A stretch of 64,000 bases of DNA from Convolutriloba macropyga. Taxonomy: Eukaryota. Numbering within the stretch: the first letter of the stretch is position 1; every line of letters starts with the position of its first letter. The stretch spans positions 12,648,001 through 12,712,000 of the forward strand of contig NC_134478.1 of assembly GCF_964194025.1 (NCBI RefSeq). The letters are read 5' to 3'. Positions 1 to 12,100 of this stretch are shown one piece after another. The translations under genes and the position numbers were made by a program. Under the pieces are notes generated by a model. The model saw only the letters and a program-made list of their open reading frames with translations. It made no database searches and was not told the DNA's origin.

Positions 1-2462
1 CAACGTCAGTATTCTGTGCTGTTATCCTACATGACTACGTTTGGCCATGACTAAGTCTCAGCCACAAAATCTGTTTGAAGGATTTTACGTCAAAACTTTT
101 ATCAATTTCGTTGTTATTTCACAATTTTTCTGAATTCGAGACGTTCAATTCAATTTTCCTGTGCTTATTTCCCTAATAAAATAATGGGATACCGAAGTAA
201 AAACAAAAATCCGAAGAAAATTATTATAATACCTCTTGGTTAATGTTTTTTAACTCTTCCTGAAACCCGAACTAAAAGCTATGAAAAAAAGAAAATAAAG
301 TTGACATTTTCTTTTCGGAGCACCGAAATCAATTTGAATTGACACATGAATATCAAATCAGTTAGGAAATATTGTACAAAAAAGTATTTCATGTCAGGCT
401 TGCACCGAAAGATTTGTACTGGATCAAAATCAAACGAAGTAGTCCGTATCACAATAAATCGAATTCTTAAAAACTTGTATGTGATCAATTGACTAGAAGA
501 ACTTAATTACAAAAACGGATACTATTTTGCGCACCGCAACGTGGGACTAAAGTGTCGACTAATTTCAAAAATCAATCAAAATTTATACTAAATTTTCATC
601 ACAATTGAAGAAACTTGAATATAAACTTCGCAATCGGTTATTTTCTCCATAATTGAAGTAATATCGGGCACTTCAAAGCGCTGCTAATTTTAATAGCAAG
701 AACCCTTATTTGAAAAAAAAATCAATTCATTGATTTCTTTTAGTTCAAACAAATTATAATCAGAGGAAAAATTTTCAAGTATCAATTAGAAGTATAAAAT
801 TTGAATTTAATTTCGCTCAGAGATTTTTCGGTCTTCCAAATTCACTTCAATTTCCATTAAAATGACTGCTATTGCCAGCCTCTCCTCTCAAATAGTCACA
901 TATCTTGAAGATGCAAAGAATACTCGGAATTTTTATAGCACAAAACCAATATATAAATGGCAACTAATTTTAATTCTCAATGAAAAAACAATTTGAATAA
1001 TTTGTGCTTGCCCGTTCTATTTTGACTATCAAGATGCTGCAAGCGTTTCTTCTTGAAGAGCCAGAGATCTTGAAGTTTTTAAGGCACTAAAATCAAAACA
1101 AAACTAGCAACTAAACTACTTTCTAATCTGTAGTTACTTTCAACGTAACTACTTTCTAAACTACTTTCCATAGACAATCTTGAGAACATATTATTTCTTT
1201 TTTTTCTATATCGAAACTGCATCAGACCATATGTTTCATGTCTGATTTGAAAAAAAATTGGAAAAAATATCAAATGAGTTGTCCGAGTCTATCGAAAAAT
1301 CAGTCCAAAGTTGGTTCCATAACTTCGATTTTTTCAAAACAGATATCTGCTAGCTTGACTGCTAAATTACGTGAGTTGTTGATGCATGTGGCTCAATTAA
1401 GCGACGAAATTAACGAAAAACATTAACACCGAAAAATTCCAGCAACGCGTTTAATGTGGTCAACGTCAGATATTTTAGCAGTAATTTTATGGTTTGGAAA
1501 CATGTATTTATTACGAAATGGAAGTTCCTAATTGATATAGAAATTTTCCACTCCACTGTGAAGAAAAAACTTTATGTAGCCTTTAAAGTTGACTCAGATC
1601 ACTTTTCGCGCTTAATTCAGTTATTGTGCAGAAAATGACAGTCACAAATTTGAGCAATATTTCTTGAAAACAGGCTATTTTAAACATTTAGACATCACAA
1701 TTTTTTAAATCTATTTTGTAAAATAAATTTATTTGTAAAATTGTTGAAAATGCATGGACAACTTTTTATTTTTTTTCTAAAATTGTTAACAAATGGCTAC
1801 GCATATTTCAATTCAAATTGATTTAAGCAGGCCGAAAAATGAATTAATAAAAGTATCATAGACATGATTTGGAAAATTTACGCATCAATGAAAATTATTT
1901 AGGCAAAATTAATCCAATATTATCAAAAAAGTAGTTATTTTCATAAGTTAAACATAAGCATAAATTGCAAGAGAGTAAGTCAAAAAAAATATTAAAAGTA
2001 CTTCGAACAATCATATTAAGGAAACATATTTTATTTTCCACGTCGCTTCATCACTATTCTGTCAACAAAAAGTTAATATAAAATATTTGATACATTAGGG
2101 ATTTCTTCAAGGTAAGGGTTGTTTGTTAGGTAAAGGTTCTTCAAGGTAAGTTGAAATTTGTTCACTAAGGTTTTCACTACAATTAGAATTAATTTTTTTT
2201 CGAAATACGGCATTTACTTTTTTGAAAACTTTTGTCATTTCAATCAATCGCATCATTCAATATAGTCGATGTGGGTAAGTCCAGTTAAGTAGGAACGGAA
2301 ATTTTTGTTTTAATTTTCGAAATTTTTGCAGTTTTGGAAAGTAAAGATATCTTGAAAAAAATTATTATGCATGCGCTACTTTTGAATCTTCAAATGTTTC
2401 CAATTAAAATACGGAAACCTGATCTGAATTAAGAGCTAGATGTTGAAATCATTGCAGGTTTA

Positions 2463-2705
2463 CATGTTTAGGTAGTCGCCTTTGTTTAAAAACCCACCAG
2501 AACCACACAAAAGGGCGAGCGAAGCCCAGGTGTGAAGAAGATAATGAAGTAGTCCGAGAACACCCGTCAAGGTCAAATCCAAAGACGACTGAATTGCTAT
2601 GAGGAAATAGTCGAGTGATCGCAGCTCGTTCACTTTGTAAATTGTGAACAGAAAGTAAGAATTCAGAATTATTGTAGTGACGCATAATGGAACCTGAACA
2701 GTCAA
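2463..2705 (-). pseudogene. Exon-like fragment of a divergent class A GPCR-like membrane protein (TM1-TM2); exon or relic
   Basis: Translation VQVPLCVTTIILNSYFLFTIYKVNELRSLDYFLIAIQSSLDLTLTGVLGLLHY gives two hydrophobic helices with a TM1 Asn and a TM2 xAxxDL-like Asp. A possible donor AT|GTAAAC lies near 2462. The 5' part of the ORF-track ORF comes from a repeat, and no convincing further exons were found. Confidence 0.5.
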
Positions 2706-2724
2706 ATTGCCAATTAGGGTTACA

Positions 2725-2894
2725 TGCCATTTTATCCAATGCCATTTTACCCAATGCCCTGTGATCCTTTCGTTCAATAAGTTGGCGTTGATTACAAAAT
2801 ATCAGTCGCTTGCTATTACAAGGATGTTTTAATTAGGCGAACAATATAATCCGATGTTTGGTTGTAATCGTTTCTCATCAAGTCCCACTGGCAG
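2725..2894 (+). mobile_element. Short non-autonomous repeat, family D (truncated copy)
   Basis: ~15-bp microrepeats (atgccattttacccc-like) followed by gttcggttg...tcaagtcccac, shared with copies at 23020, 29312 and 56923. Confidence 0.55.
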
Positions 2895-3007
2895 TTTTTT
2901 TATATAGTCGATTAAATAGTCGTTCCGAAAAAGGCAGGTTGGGTTTAATGGCCTTGGGTTAATTGTCCAGACACCGTCAATTGCAACCGTACAAGTTTCA
3001 AGCTGCA

Positions 3008-3842
3008 CCCCAGTTGAGAGGTCGAATTTATGAAAAGACTTATAAAGTCCACATGGGGGGTAGTTTCCCTACCTTAAATACACGGTCGACTCCCTTAGTA
3101 ACGACGACCTAAAGTCTTTTCATAAGTCGGCCAACGGTATTTTCATATCCAATATTGGTCCACTCTAGGGTCTTTTCATACCCGGATAATTGTCGACCCA
3201 TAGTCTGTTCATAGATGATACCGTCGACCTAAAGTCTTTTCATAAGTTGACCAATGGTCTTTTCATATCCAGTACGGTCGACATAAAGTCTACTTCATAG
3301 GTCTTTTTTACCAAATATTAGGTGCATTTTTTTGGGGTTCAAGGGTTCTTTAAATCCCAGTGTTGAGCACTCCGTATGTACAAAGATAAAATCAAATGCA
3401 CTAGAAACATCTCAATGATGCAAAATAGAAAAACAATATGTTGGCTGGAACAAAGATTTTTTTAAAAAAGAAATTTTGTCCTTGGCCAAAAGTTTTTGCC
3501 AACTGAAGCAAAACCTTTAACACTTGCAACCACATTATATGCAAAAACACATCAGTTAAAACCCAAGGTCGACCAGTGCCATATCGGTCGACTTAAAGTA
3601 GTTCATGACCATATCGATCGACCTGAAGTCGACCATGACCATATCGGTCGACCTAAAGTGGAACATGACCATTAGGATCGACCTAAAACCGACCAAGACT
3701 ATTAGGGTCGAACTAAAATCATTTCATACCCAACATTGGTCGACCACGGTCTTTTTTATACCCGATATTGGTCGACCACGGTCTTTTTATACCCGATATT
3801 GGTCGACCACGGTCTTTTCATAATTCGACATCTCAACTGGGG
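3008..3842. mobile_element. Foldback/MITE-like element with ~31-bp terminal inverted repeats and internal ~30-bp subterminal repeats
   Basis: Left end ccccagttgagaggtcgaatttatgaaaagac; right end gtcttttcataattcgacatctcaactgggg (reverse complement, 1 mismatch and 1 indel). Many GGTCGACC-cored ~30-bp units at 3020-3300 and 3565-3820. Confidence 0.8.
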
Positions 3843-4289
3843 AAGTCTTCGGTGAATAATTCTTTTCTATTTTTGATTGCTAATGATATCTGTAATATAA
3901 TGCAACACTTGGGGCAAATTGGCGTTATGGTAGAAAATTTACCTCAAAACTTTCATTTGCTGGGGTCGAGAGATACAAATGTCTCGAAAAATGCTACCCT
4001 TGCCCAAAAAGGAAAACATACTAAAAAAGCACCCAATCTGGATTCGTACCAAATTATTTGCTAAAAATCCAGTTTATTCCTTGACTTCAATAAAGTGTGA
4101 TTATAATTTGCTCGCTTAATGTAAGCCCCCATCTAGGAGGAAATCATTTGTTCATATTTCATTTTTATAGTAATCATAATTTCATTACCTTTCTCTGAAT
4201 TCAGTTATATGTTCTGGTCTCTTAATTCTCAATTTAGTAAGTGGAATCGCGTATCGAAGTGAAGTGAAAAAAAAACGATAAAGCTGAAC

Positions 4290-5870
4290 TAATTGCAACC
4301 TTTAAGTGATTCCAAATGTGAGAAAATTGTAAAATTCCTAATTCGAACACTCAGGAACAGAGTATCATATGGCGCAGTCAGCAAGCAAAGATTCTGAACA
4401 ATCGCTTGTGCGAAGTGAACAATTCTTGAAAGCTGAATTTGGATCCCACGCTTCATTGGGAACAAGGAGAAACTGCATCTCAAGTTGGCAGTACTTCTGA
4501 ACGCAGAAATCTCTGCAGACATCCTCTTGGAAGATCCCTCTGACAGAAAGAACAATGCCAAATGAACCAATCTATGAAATAGAGGCGGAGAACAGCACGG
4601 CTTAACCAGAACGCGATCGCAAAATCCAAAATAAACAACCAAAAATGCCCGACTCAACAAATGACATAAGATAGACGACATTGGTATCTAATGTGGGTAC
4701 AAACCATGACAATTAACTGATTACAAAGGCACAGCTAAGATAAAATTAAGCCGAGGAATAGAAAGACAGGCAATATTTTGTTTGAAAGACAATCATAACT
4801 AAATCGACCAAATGACGGCTCGAGAACTATGGATAAGCTTCTAACATTTGTTTTTGTAAAAAAAAATCTTTGGTCGCTATATATTAATAACACGCACACA
4901 AAAGAAAAATGAATCAATAGCAAAAGTCCACGTAGCAATTAGGGAATTTTCATTCAATTGCGATTTAGGGAGCAATAAAGAAACAGGTAGTTTCAATGTT
5001 TCCATTGACAATATAGACGACGGGGAAATACTGCAAGAATCGCTGAAAGAAAAAAACACCACAAAAAAACGCTCAAATTAGCAGTTAATATTGATACGGG
5101 TACCTGGAACAAAGTTCGCATGATAAATGCTTCCAATTGAAATCTACAAAACACAGGCGATACAATTGATTCTGTTAACATTATTCAACGCAATCACATC
5201 GCGAATGGTCAATATTTCCAGAAAAATTGTGCACCAAACAGACAGAGACCAAAACAATGCCCAAATTGTAGACAGGGTTTATCACAAAACTGGTGATTCA
5301 ACGTTTAAAAAAATGGAAAAATTAATAAATGAACACCTCTTTTGCACTCTAAAGAACGAAACAAAAATTCAACTTAATTGTAAAAAGCATTTCGTCTATT
5401 CAGAAACTCTATCAAGCGTTTATGGTTCAAATCGGCAGACTTTAAATAATAAATTTCTAACGCTGGTTAAAACGCTACAACCAAAATCTGAAGACTGACA
5501 ACCTTCTGTACAGTTATACTATGTACAGATTCAGTTTGAAATAAACCAACAGAAAGCCTTGTTGCATTCTAAGGCCCTATATACGTAAATACTTCTAACT
5601 CTGATGTGGTAGGGATTTTATTCGCTTGATCTTAATTACCACACTAGAGCTAAACCAATATTATTTTAGCGACCTCAATTAAATGCTAGAATAAGTCTCA
5701 CTACATGCTCACAATGTTCTTTTCTAATTTCCAAACCTGTGTGTTATTTGCTAGAAATAAAATTGATTAGATACAAAGATTAATTACGAAACAGATAGAA
5801 AAGGATAGAGCACAATTGGGGGTTAACCCTACTTGAAAATATGGTGCGGAATCTAATCTTAATCAAGTAA
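4290..5870 (+). mobile_element. Highly decayed non-LTR retrotransposon-like remnant (zinc-knuckle ORF1 and AP-endonuclease traces)
   Basis: Broken reading frames with knuckle-like traces (GTEYHMA near 4355; NVGTNH near 4690) and endonuclease-like traces (gcgacctcaat...aatgctaga near 5670; KYGAESNLN near 5840). Many stops. Confidence 0.3.
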
Positions 5871-6546
5871 TTAAATCCATCTTACTGCTGGATGTGAATA
5901 TCACTCTAAGTTTGCTGTGAAGAGCGGCCTGGATAGCTTCAGTATCCTTCACTTAGTACGCGTATCAATAGCGGCAGTGAATCAGCTGGCATAGCTTGTG
6001 CTATAGTGTATTATATCATACACAGCAGTATTTGGCCATGAAAAATGTATTTTTTCATTCAACGCATTTCACGCAGCATAGCTCTCTTTTAATATTCCGT
6101 CAGTTTAGACTAAGTCTAAAGTGTCCACAAAGTCGACGGTTAAATAATTATAAACACTCTGTAGTATCGGTAACTGCGGCGACAATTATCCAATTACCAA
6201 AACTCCAATACAGCTTAAAACAGACAAGTTTTTCTATTGTGTACAGAAAGCAGATGATATTCTTGCACGTAATTGCATAGAGATTTTTGAGCGTAAAATA
6301 TGAGTTTCGTTGGACCCTGAAAATTCAAAATCGATTAAACACGCAACTCAAGTCCCCTTTAGCAAACATTTGCATAAGATATTCGGCTACCCGTGACCGA
6401 CCCTCCATGCCCAGTTTTGCACTTATAAGTTAGGTCAAAATGTTTTCAAAAAATGAATCGATATTTATTGCAGATAAACGGCGATAAGTTTGAGTACCCT
6501 CAGGCGAAACGAAATCATCAGAACAGGAAAGAGTGCAAGAACAAGC

Positions 6547-6548
<2 letters not shown>

Positions 6549-6584
<36 letters not shown>
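6549..6584. repeat. (GA)n microsatellite
   Basis: About 17 consecutive GA dinucleotides. Confidence 0.95.
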
Positions 6585-6587
<3 letters not shown>

Positions 6588-7564
6588 AGCAAAGAACAAA
6601 GAGAGAAAAAACAGAAAAAAAGAACGTTCAAGTGGAGCCAACGGTTCTCAGCCAGAAAAATTGTAGTTATTGAGTGTTCTTTCTTGAACGAACATAGTTG
6701 CGTAGTTGCAGTCATTGAAGTTGCAAAGTTAACTATAATTATTAGTTAAGAGGAAGTTGCTGAGCAGCAACATTGCCTATGGGAGGCAGAGTTTTTAGAT
6801 CTATTTGGTTATTTGGTTGCGAAATTTTTTGATTGAATTTTGGATACGTGTGGACAGATTGATTTAATTGGTTCAGATTTAATGTGAATAGTTAGTTATC
6901 ATTACACAATTATTTCTTTTGGTTTTTGATATTTTTCAATTATCTGTTTCGGCTCTAAATGTACTAATTGCTGTACTTATATTTATTGAGTAATAATTCA
7001 ATTATTTGGAGTGAAATATCTGAAAAGCGGGGAGAGCAAGGTTTTTGGGGACAAAAGAGTACACTAACAGCGGCAAATGTACAATCCTTACATCAAACAT
7101 ATCATTTGGAATCTTGATGAGTTCTCAGCTCTATCCAGTCCCTAGCTAAAAGCCTTCTAACGAGAAAAATATAAAATTCTTTAATCTGTAAATAGTAGTG
7201 AGAAAATTGTTTATATGATGAATATTGCCTTGCCGGACATTGGCTACGTAATGATGATAAAATTTTCTCAGCCAATTTTAAAACCATTGTTGCTCAATTG
7301 TACAAGATGAAAATAAAACAATAATTTTTTACAATAATTGCTGGAGGATGTTGAAAACATTCTCGTTATTTCTGTTGTTAAAAACCTTATTGACATCGTA
7401 CATGGTTTTTTTTCATACATATTAAATGTCAGTGGTAAATTTCCGTCGAATGTTTTGATGATAATAATGAAAATGTATTGAAATGCTTTGGGCTGAAAAA
7501 AAAACAATTTCAAGAAATAAAAACTGGTTAAAGGGTAGAAAAGAGATCTGAAATGTAAACGAAC

Positions 7565-7783
7565 CATGAATGCCTCGGATGCCAACTTGACGACCATCCA
7601 GTCTGGTCTTCCCTCTGGGTCCGCTCTCCACTGGTCATAGAGATCCAAATCGTCACTATCGTCGTCAATGAGATCTGACCCAGGCCATACACCCGACTGA
7701 GTTGAACCCATGATCTGCGCTAGTAACACCAACAATTATAACCCGGAGACAAAATACACTGCAAAAACTAGAATAAACTGCAT
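7565..7783 (-). pseudogene. First exon of a secreted protein (possibly cystatin-like) with an in-frame TAA in the signal peptide
   Basis: ATG at 7783 gives MQFILVFAVYFVSGL*LLVLLAQIMGSTQSGVWPGSDLIDDDSDDLDLYDQWRADPEGRPDWMVVKLASEAFM, followed by donor-like GTTCGT. A candidate phase-0 second exon at ~7092-7141 reads GLDRAENSSRFQMICL then GTAAGG. Confidence 0.4.
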
Positions 7784-9129
7784 TGTTTTTCAAGTGCACT
7801 TAGTTTGAGGTCAAAGCCACAGGGCACCTCCTGATCGGACTGTTTGGGTGGCATTATAAAGTTATGGTGAGAATTAAAATTCATAACCTGGATAATGCCT
7901 AACTCCATAAAAATTTCACCAGTAACGAACTGTCCAAGACCAGAGCGAACTCTGATTAGAACTTCGAGCGCGAAAGGGGGTAGTTTTGGAGTTTTTGCTC
8001 AGAATTGCAGTGTCTGGTTCCCGAGTCGAGGTCCCAGACTTATTTCCAGACAACAGGTTGTCTAGTGGGAGGTAAACCTCGACCTTATTACAAATGGTCT
8101 GGAAGAAATCTTGTCTTGAAGTTGTCTGGGCTATAAGTCTGGGAGGTCTTGTGATATGTGAGGGTTGTCTGATCATGAAACTTTAGTAGATAGCTTAAAA
8201 TGTCACTCATTGGAGCTTACTTTAGATCACTACCAAACTTAAATTGACACAAGCAGGCACGGCAATGTTCTAACACCTCTCATTCTGAAGTTTTGCGCAA
8301 TCATCTTCTCAGAAAACAGAGTTTGAACTTTAAAACAGTAAGAAAATTTGAGCAAATGAGAACCAAGTTAGAGATAGAGATATTCACCATAATCCACTGT
8401 TATCGCAAACAGAATAAATAGAATTTATATATGAAGTTCAAAGATATAGACACGTATCAGGACATTACACCGCAGAGGTATACCCCAAAATTTCGGCCTT
8501 AGTAAAATTTGCTCGAATATTAGATGCATAAGATGAAAGAAATTTGGAGACATCCTTTGCATCTTACTTTTTGGAAAAGGGGTTCCGCCAATTTTTCGAA
8601 ATAAAAGAATTTTCGAATTGAAAAGTAGGTTACAAGTCTTGTAGTACATTTCCGCTCAATTTAGGTAACTATTATTCGCATTAAATGTATCTCTAATCCG
8701 CAACTGAGCCTAATTAATTGCGCGCATTTTGAGCATGCAAAACTGATTTAATACTCCGTAATAGGCACTTCATTACAGATTTAAATGAAGGCTTTAAAAC
8801 TTTACAGCGATTTAAATATAAACAACTTTAAAGACAAAGTCGAAAAGCCGAGCCATCGGTTTTTTCCGAAAAACCACTCGCTCAAAAAAGAGCTTGCATA
8901 CCAATGTTGGACTGGCAAACTCAGGGACACCATAAGTAGAAGCATTGATGTAGAAACCAAGCGGTTTTTATTATCAAAAAAGGAAAATTCGACCTGAAAA
9001 TCCGACAAATATCAAAAAATATTGAGGGATTTTTCAGAAAGAAGTCAAATTTATTTTTTCTGTTTTTTATTTAATTGAACAAAAAAACTCAGTTTGCAAA
9101 CTAATCAAACACTTTATTCGGTTGTAATT

Positions 9130-12100
9130 CGGTGAGCGAAATACATGTCTTTAGATTCTGAACACCAAAGTCAAATTGTGCAACTTCGTCCAATGTTTCT
9201 CAAAATTCGTCTCTAATTTAAAAAACATGATGTCACCCTAGGGGTCAAGAAATTGTAGAATGTAAACCATTCTTTTTTCGTAGTATCTCCTATCCAGATG
9301 GATTCTATTTAACCAAAAAATTTTGCTTTGGGGTCAATCCTTGAAAAATTGGAAGATTAGAAAAGTAAAGTTCGGGAACCCAGAAAATTTGTCTATTTTT
9401 TATGAAAAATGCGTTCTTTTTTCTCGGCTATTGGGTCTAGTTAGTCCAAAGTTGTAATAGAAATGTGTGTTAGGGTAACTTTGGCTATGAGGTACAGAAA
9501 TTTAAGATTAATGTTTTTTAAAGCCAAGTTTTGGAACTTCGTCCAATAATTCTCAAAATTCGTCTCTTATTTGAAAAATGGGTCAAGGAGTTGTAGAATG
9601 TTGCTCAAACTATTCTCGTAAAATTTCCTATTCATATGAATTGTATTAAACCAAAAGTTTTTGCTTTGGTGTCAATACTTGAAAAATTGGTACATTAGGA
9701 AACTAAAATTCGAAAAAGTAAAATTTCGCGTTTTTTTATGTAAAATGCCTTTTTTTCTCGTCTATTGGGTCTGGTTAGTTCAAAGTGATAAGGGGAACAT
9801 GTGTCCGGCTAGTTTTGGCTATGATGTAAAGAAATTAAAGATTAATGTTTTTTAAAGTCAATTTTTGCGATTTCGAACAATGTTTCTCAATATTCGTCTC
9901 TTAATTAAAAAAAATGATGTGACCCTATGATCAAGCAAGGAGTTGTGGAATGCTGCTCATACTATTTTCCTAAAATTTCCTGTTCAAATGGATTTTATTA
10001 TACCGAAAATATTTGCTTTGGGGTCAGTACTTGAAAAACTGGTACATCAGAAGAGTAAAGTTCGGAAACGCAAAAAAATCTTCTGTTTTTTATGTAAAAT
10101 AACTTCCTACTTCTCGACTATTTGGGTCTAGGTAGTTCAAATTGATGAAAGAAACAAGTGTTAGACTTTCATTGGCTATGATGTAAAGAAACTTAAGATT
10201 AGTAGTATATAAATAGAGGTTTTGCGGTTTCTTCAAACATTTCTCAAAATTCGTCTCTTATTTAAAAAAAATGATGAGACCCTATGAGTCAAGAAGTTGT
10301 AAAATGTTGCGTATAACTTTTTCGTAGTATCTCCTATTCATATGAATTGTATTAAACAAAAAAATTTTGCCTTGGGGTCAATACTTGAAAAATTTTTACC
10401 TTAGAAAAGTAAAGTTCCGAAACGCAAAAAATTTGTCTGTTTTTCATGTAAAATAACTTACTAATTCTCGAATATTGGGTCTAGGTAGTTCAAATTGATA
10501 AAACAAACAGGTGTTAGGCTTTCGTTGGCTATGATGCAAAATAAATTCAGATTAATAGTATATAAATAGAGGATTCACGATTTCTTCAAACATTTCTCAA
10601 AATTCGTCTCTTATTTAAAAAAAAAGATGAGACCCTATGAATCAAGAAGTTGTAAAATATTGCGCAGAACATTTACGTAGTATCTCCTATTCATATGAAT
10701 TGTATTAAACAAAAAAAATTTGCCTTGGGGTCTATACTTGAAAAATTGGTACATTAGAAAAGTAAAGTTCGGAAACGCAAAAAATTTGTCTGTTTTTTAT
10801 GTAAAATAACTTCCTACTTCTCGACTATTGGGTCTAGGTGGTTCAAAGTTATATGAGAAACGTGTGTCAAGCTAACTTTGGCTATGACGTAAAGAAATTA
10901 AAGTTTATTTTTAGATAAAATCCAGTTTCGTCAAACGTTTCATAAAATTCTTCTCTTAATTAAAGATTATGATGTGACCCTTTGGGTCAAGGAGTTCTAG
11001 AAGGTTGCTCAAACTATTCTCGTAAAAATTCCAAATCATAGGGATTGTTTTAAACTAAAATTTTTTGCTTTGGGGTCAATACTTGAAAAATTGGAACATT
11101 AGAAATGTAAAGTTCGGAAACGCAAAAAAATCGTCTGTTTTTTACGTAAAGTGCCTTCCTTTTTTTCGACTATTGAGTCTAGGTGGTTCAAAGTTATAAG
11201 AGAAACGTGTGTCAAGCTAACTTTGGCTATGATGTAAAGAATTTTAAGATAAATGTTTTTTAAAGACGAGTTTCGCAATTTCGTACAATGTTTCTCAAAA
11301 TTCGTCTGTTATTTAAAAAACATAATGTGAACTTATGTTCAAGGAGTTGTAGAATGTTGCTCATACAATTTCCGTAGTATCTCCTGGTCAATACTTGAAA
11401 AAATGTTACATTAGAAAACTAAAGTTCGGAAACGCAAAAAAATTCGTCTGTTTTTTATGTGAAATGCCTTCCTTTTTCTCGTTTATTGGGTCTAAGTAGT
11501 TCAAAGTGATAAAAAAACGTGTATCAATTCAGCTTTGGCTGTGATGTAAAGATTTATGATTAGTTTTATATAAAGCCAAGTTTTGCAATTTCGTCCAATG
11601 TTTCTAAAAATTCTTCTCTGAATTAAAAAGAATGATGTGTCACTATGGTCAAGGATTTGTTTTGTAGAATGTTGCTCATACTATTTTGCTATTATGTCCT
11701 GTTCAACTGGATTGTATTAAACCCAAAATTTTTGCTTTGGGGTCAATACTTGAAAAATTGGAAGATTAGAAATGTAAAGTTCGTGAACGCAAAAAAATTC
11801 GTCTGTTTTTTTATGTAAAATGCCTTCTTGTTTCTCGACTAGTGGGTCTAGGTTGTTCAAAGTTTAATGAGAAACGTTTGTCAAGCTAACTTTGGCTATG
11901 ATTTAAAGAAATTAAGGATGATTATTAGATAAAATCCAGTTTTGCAATTTCGTCAAACGTTTCTTAAAATTCGTCTCTTAATTAAAGATATGTTGTGATC
12001 CTATAGGTCAAGGAGTTGTAGAAAGTTTCTCAAACTATTCTCGTAAATTTTCCTAATCAAATGGATTGTATTAGACTGAAAGTTTCTAATTTAGGGTTAA

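Noticed and set aside
840-1273. Possible downstream exons of the GPCR-like gene
   Set aside because: The frames checked contain stops and show no TM3-TM7 motifs.
3605-4064. Repetitive ORFs (MTISIDLKS..., FIPDIGRPRS)
   Set aside because: Translations of the 30-bp repeats of the foldback element.
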